A stretch of 64,000 nucleotides of DNA. Source: Octopus vulgaris (taxonomy: Eukaryota). Position numbers and translations under genes: made by a program. Below are positions 63,950-64,000 of this stretch, in pieces; position 1 is the stretch's first letter, and the number at the start of each line of letters is the position of its first letter. The notes under the pieces are model-generated. The model was not told the origin of the DNA and made no database searches. It saw only the letters and a list, made by a program, of their open reading frames with translations. The stretch spans positions 10,106,001-10,170,000 of the forward strand of contig OX597824.1 of the NCBI GenBank assembly GCA_951406725.2. The letters are read 5' to 3'.

Positions 63950-64000
63950 CTTTAAATACTTAATTCAAAACTTTTAAACTGTCATATACATTATATATTT

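Overview
AT-rich, repeat-dense eukaryotic genomic DNA. The SINE, RTE and microsatellite content suggests an Octopus-like cephalopod, which is inferred from repeat families and not proven. Three spliced genes lie on the + strand, all with GT-AG introns and consistent phases. (1) The last five coding exons of the mitochondrial DEAD-box helicase DDX28 (888-6966). (2) A complete two-exon TMEM223 (9180-16353, 266 aa). (3) A 15-coding-exon BDP1/TFIIIB-B'' gene (26086-58042, about 1593 aa), with a probable non-coding first exon near 21.1 kb. Introns and intergenic DNA carry tRNA-derived SINEs, RTE-type LINE fragments, piggyBac-, pogo- and Merlin/hAT-like MITEs, Helitrons and a mariner fragment. The most notable unannotated signal is a set of otherwise dissimilar AT-rich elements, mostly inverted or palindromic, that each contain a minimal type I hammerhead ribozyme motif of the Penelope-like/retrozyme kind. 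One has a compensatory G3-C8 core swap and one sits behind a tRNA-type Pol III promoter. All structures were read by eye; no folding, alignment or database search was run.
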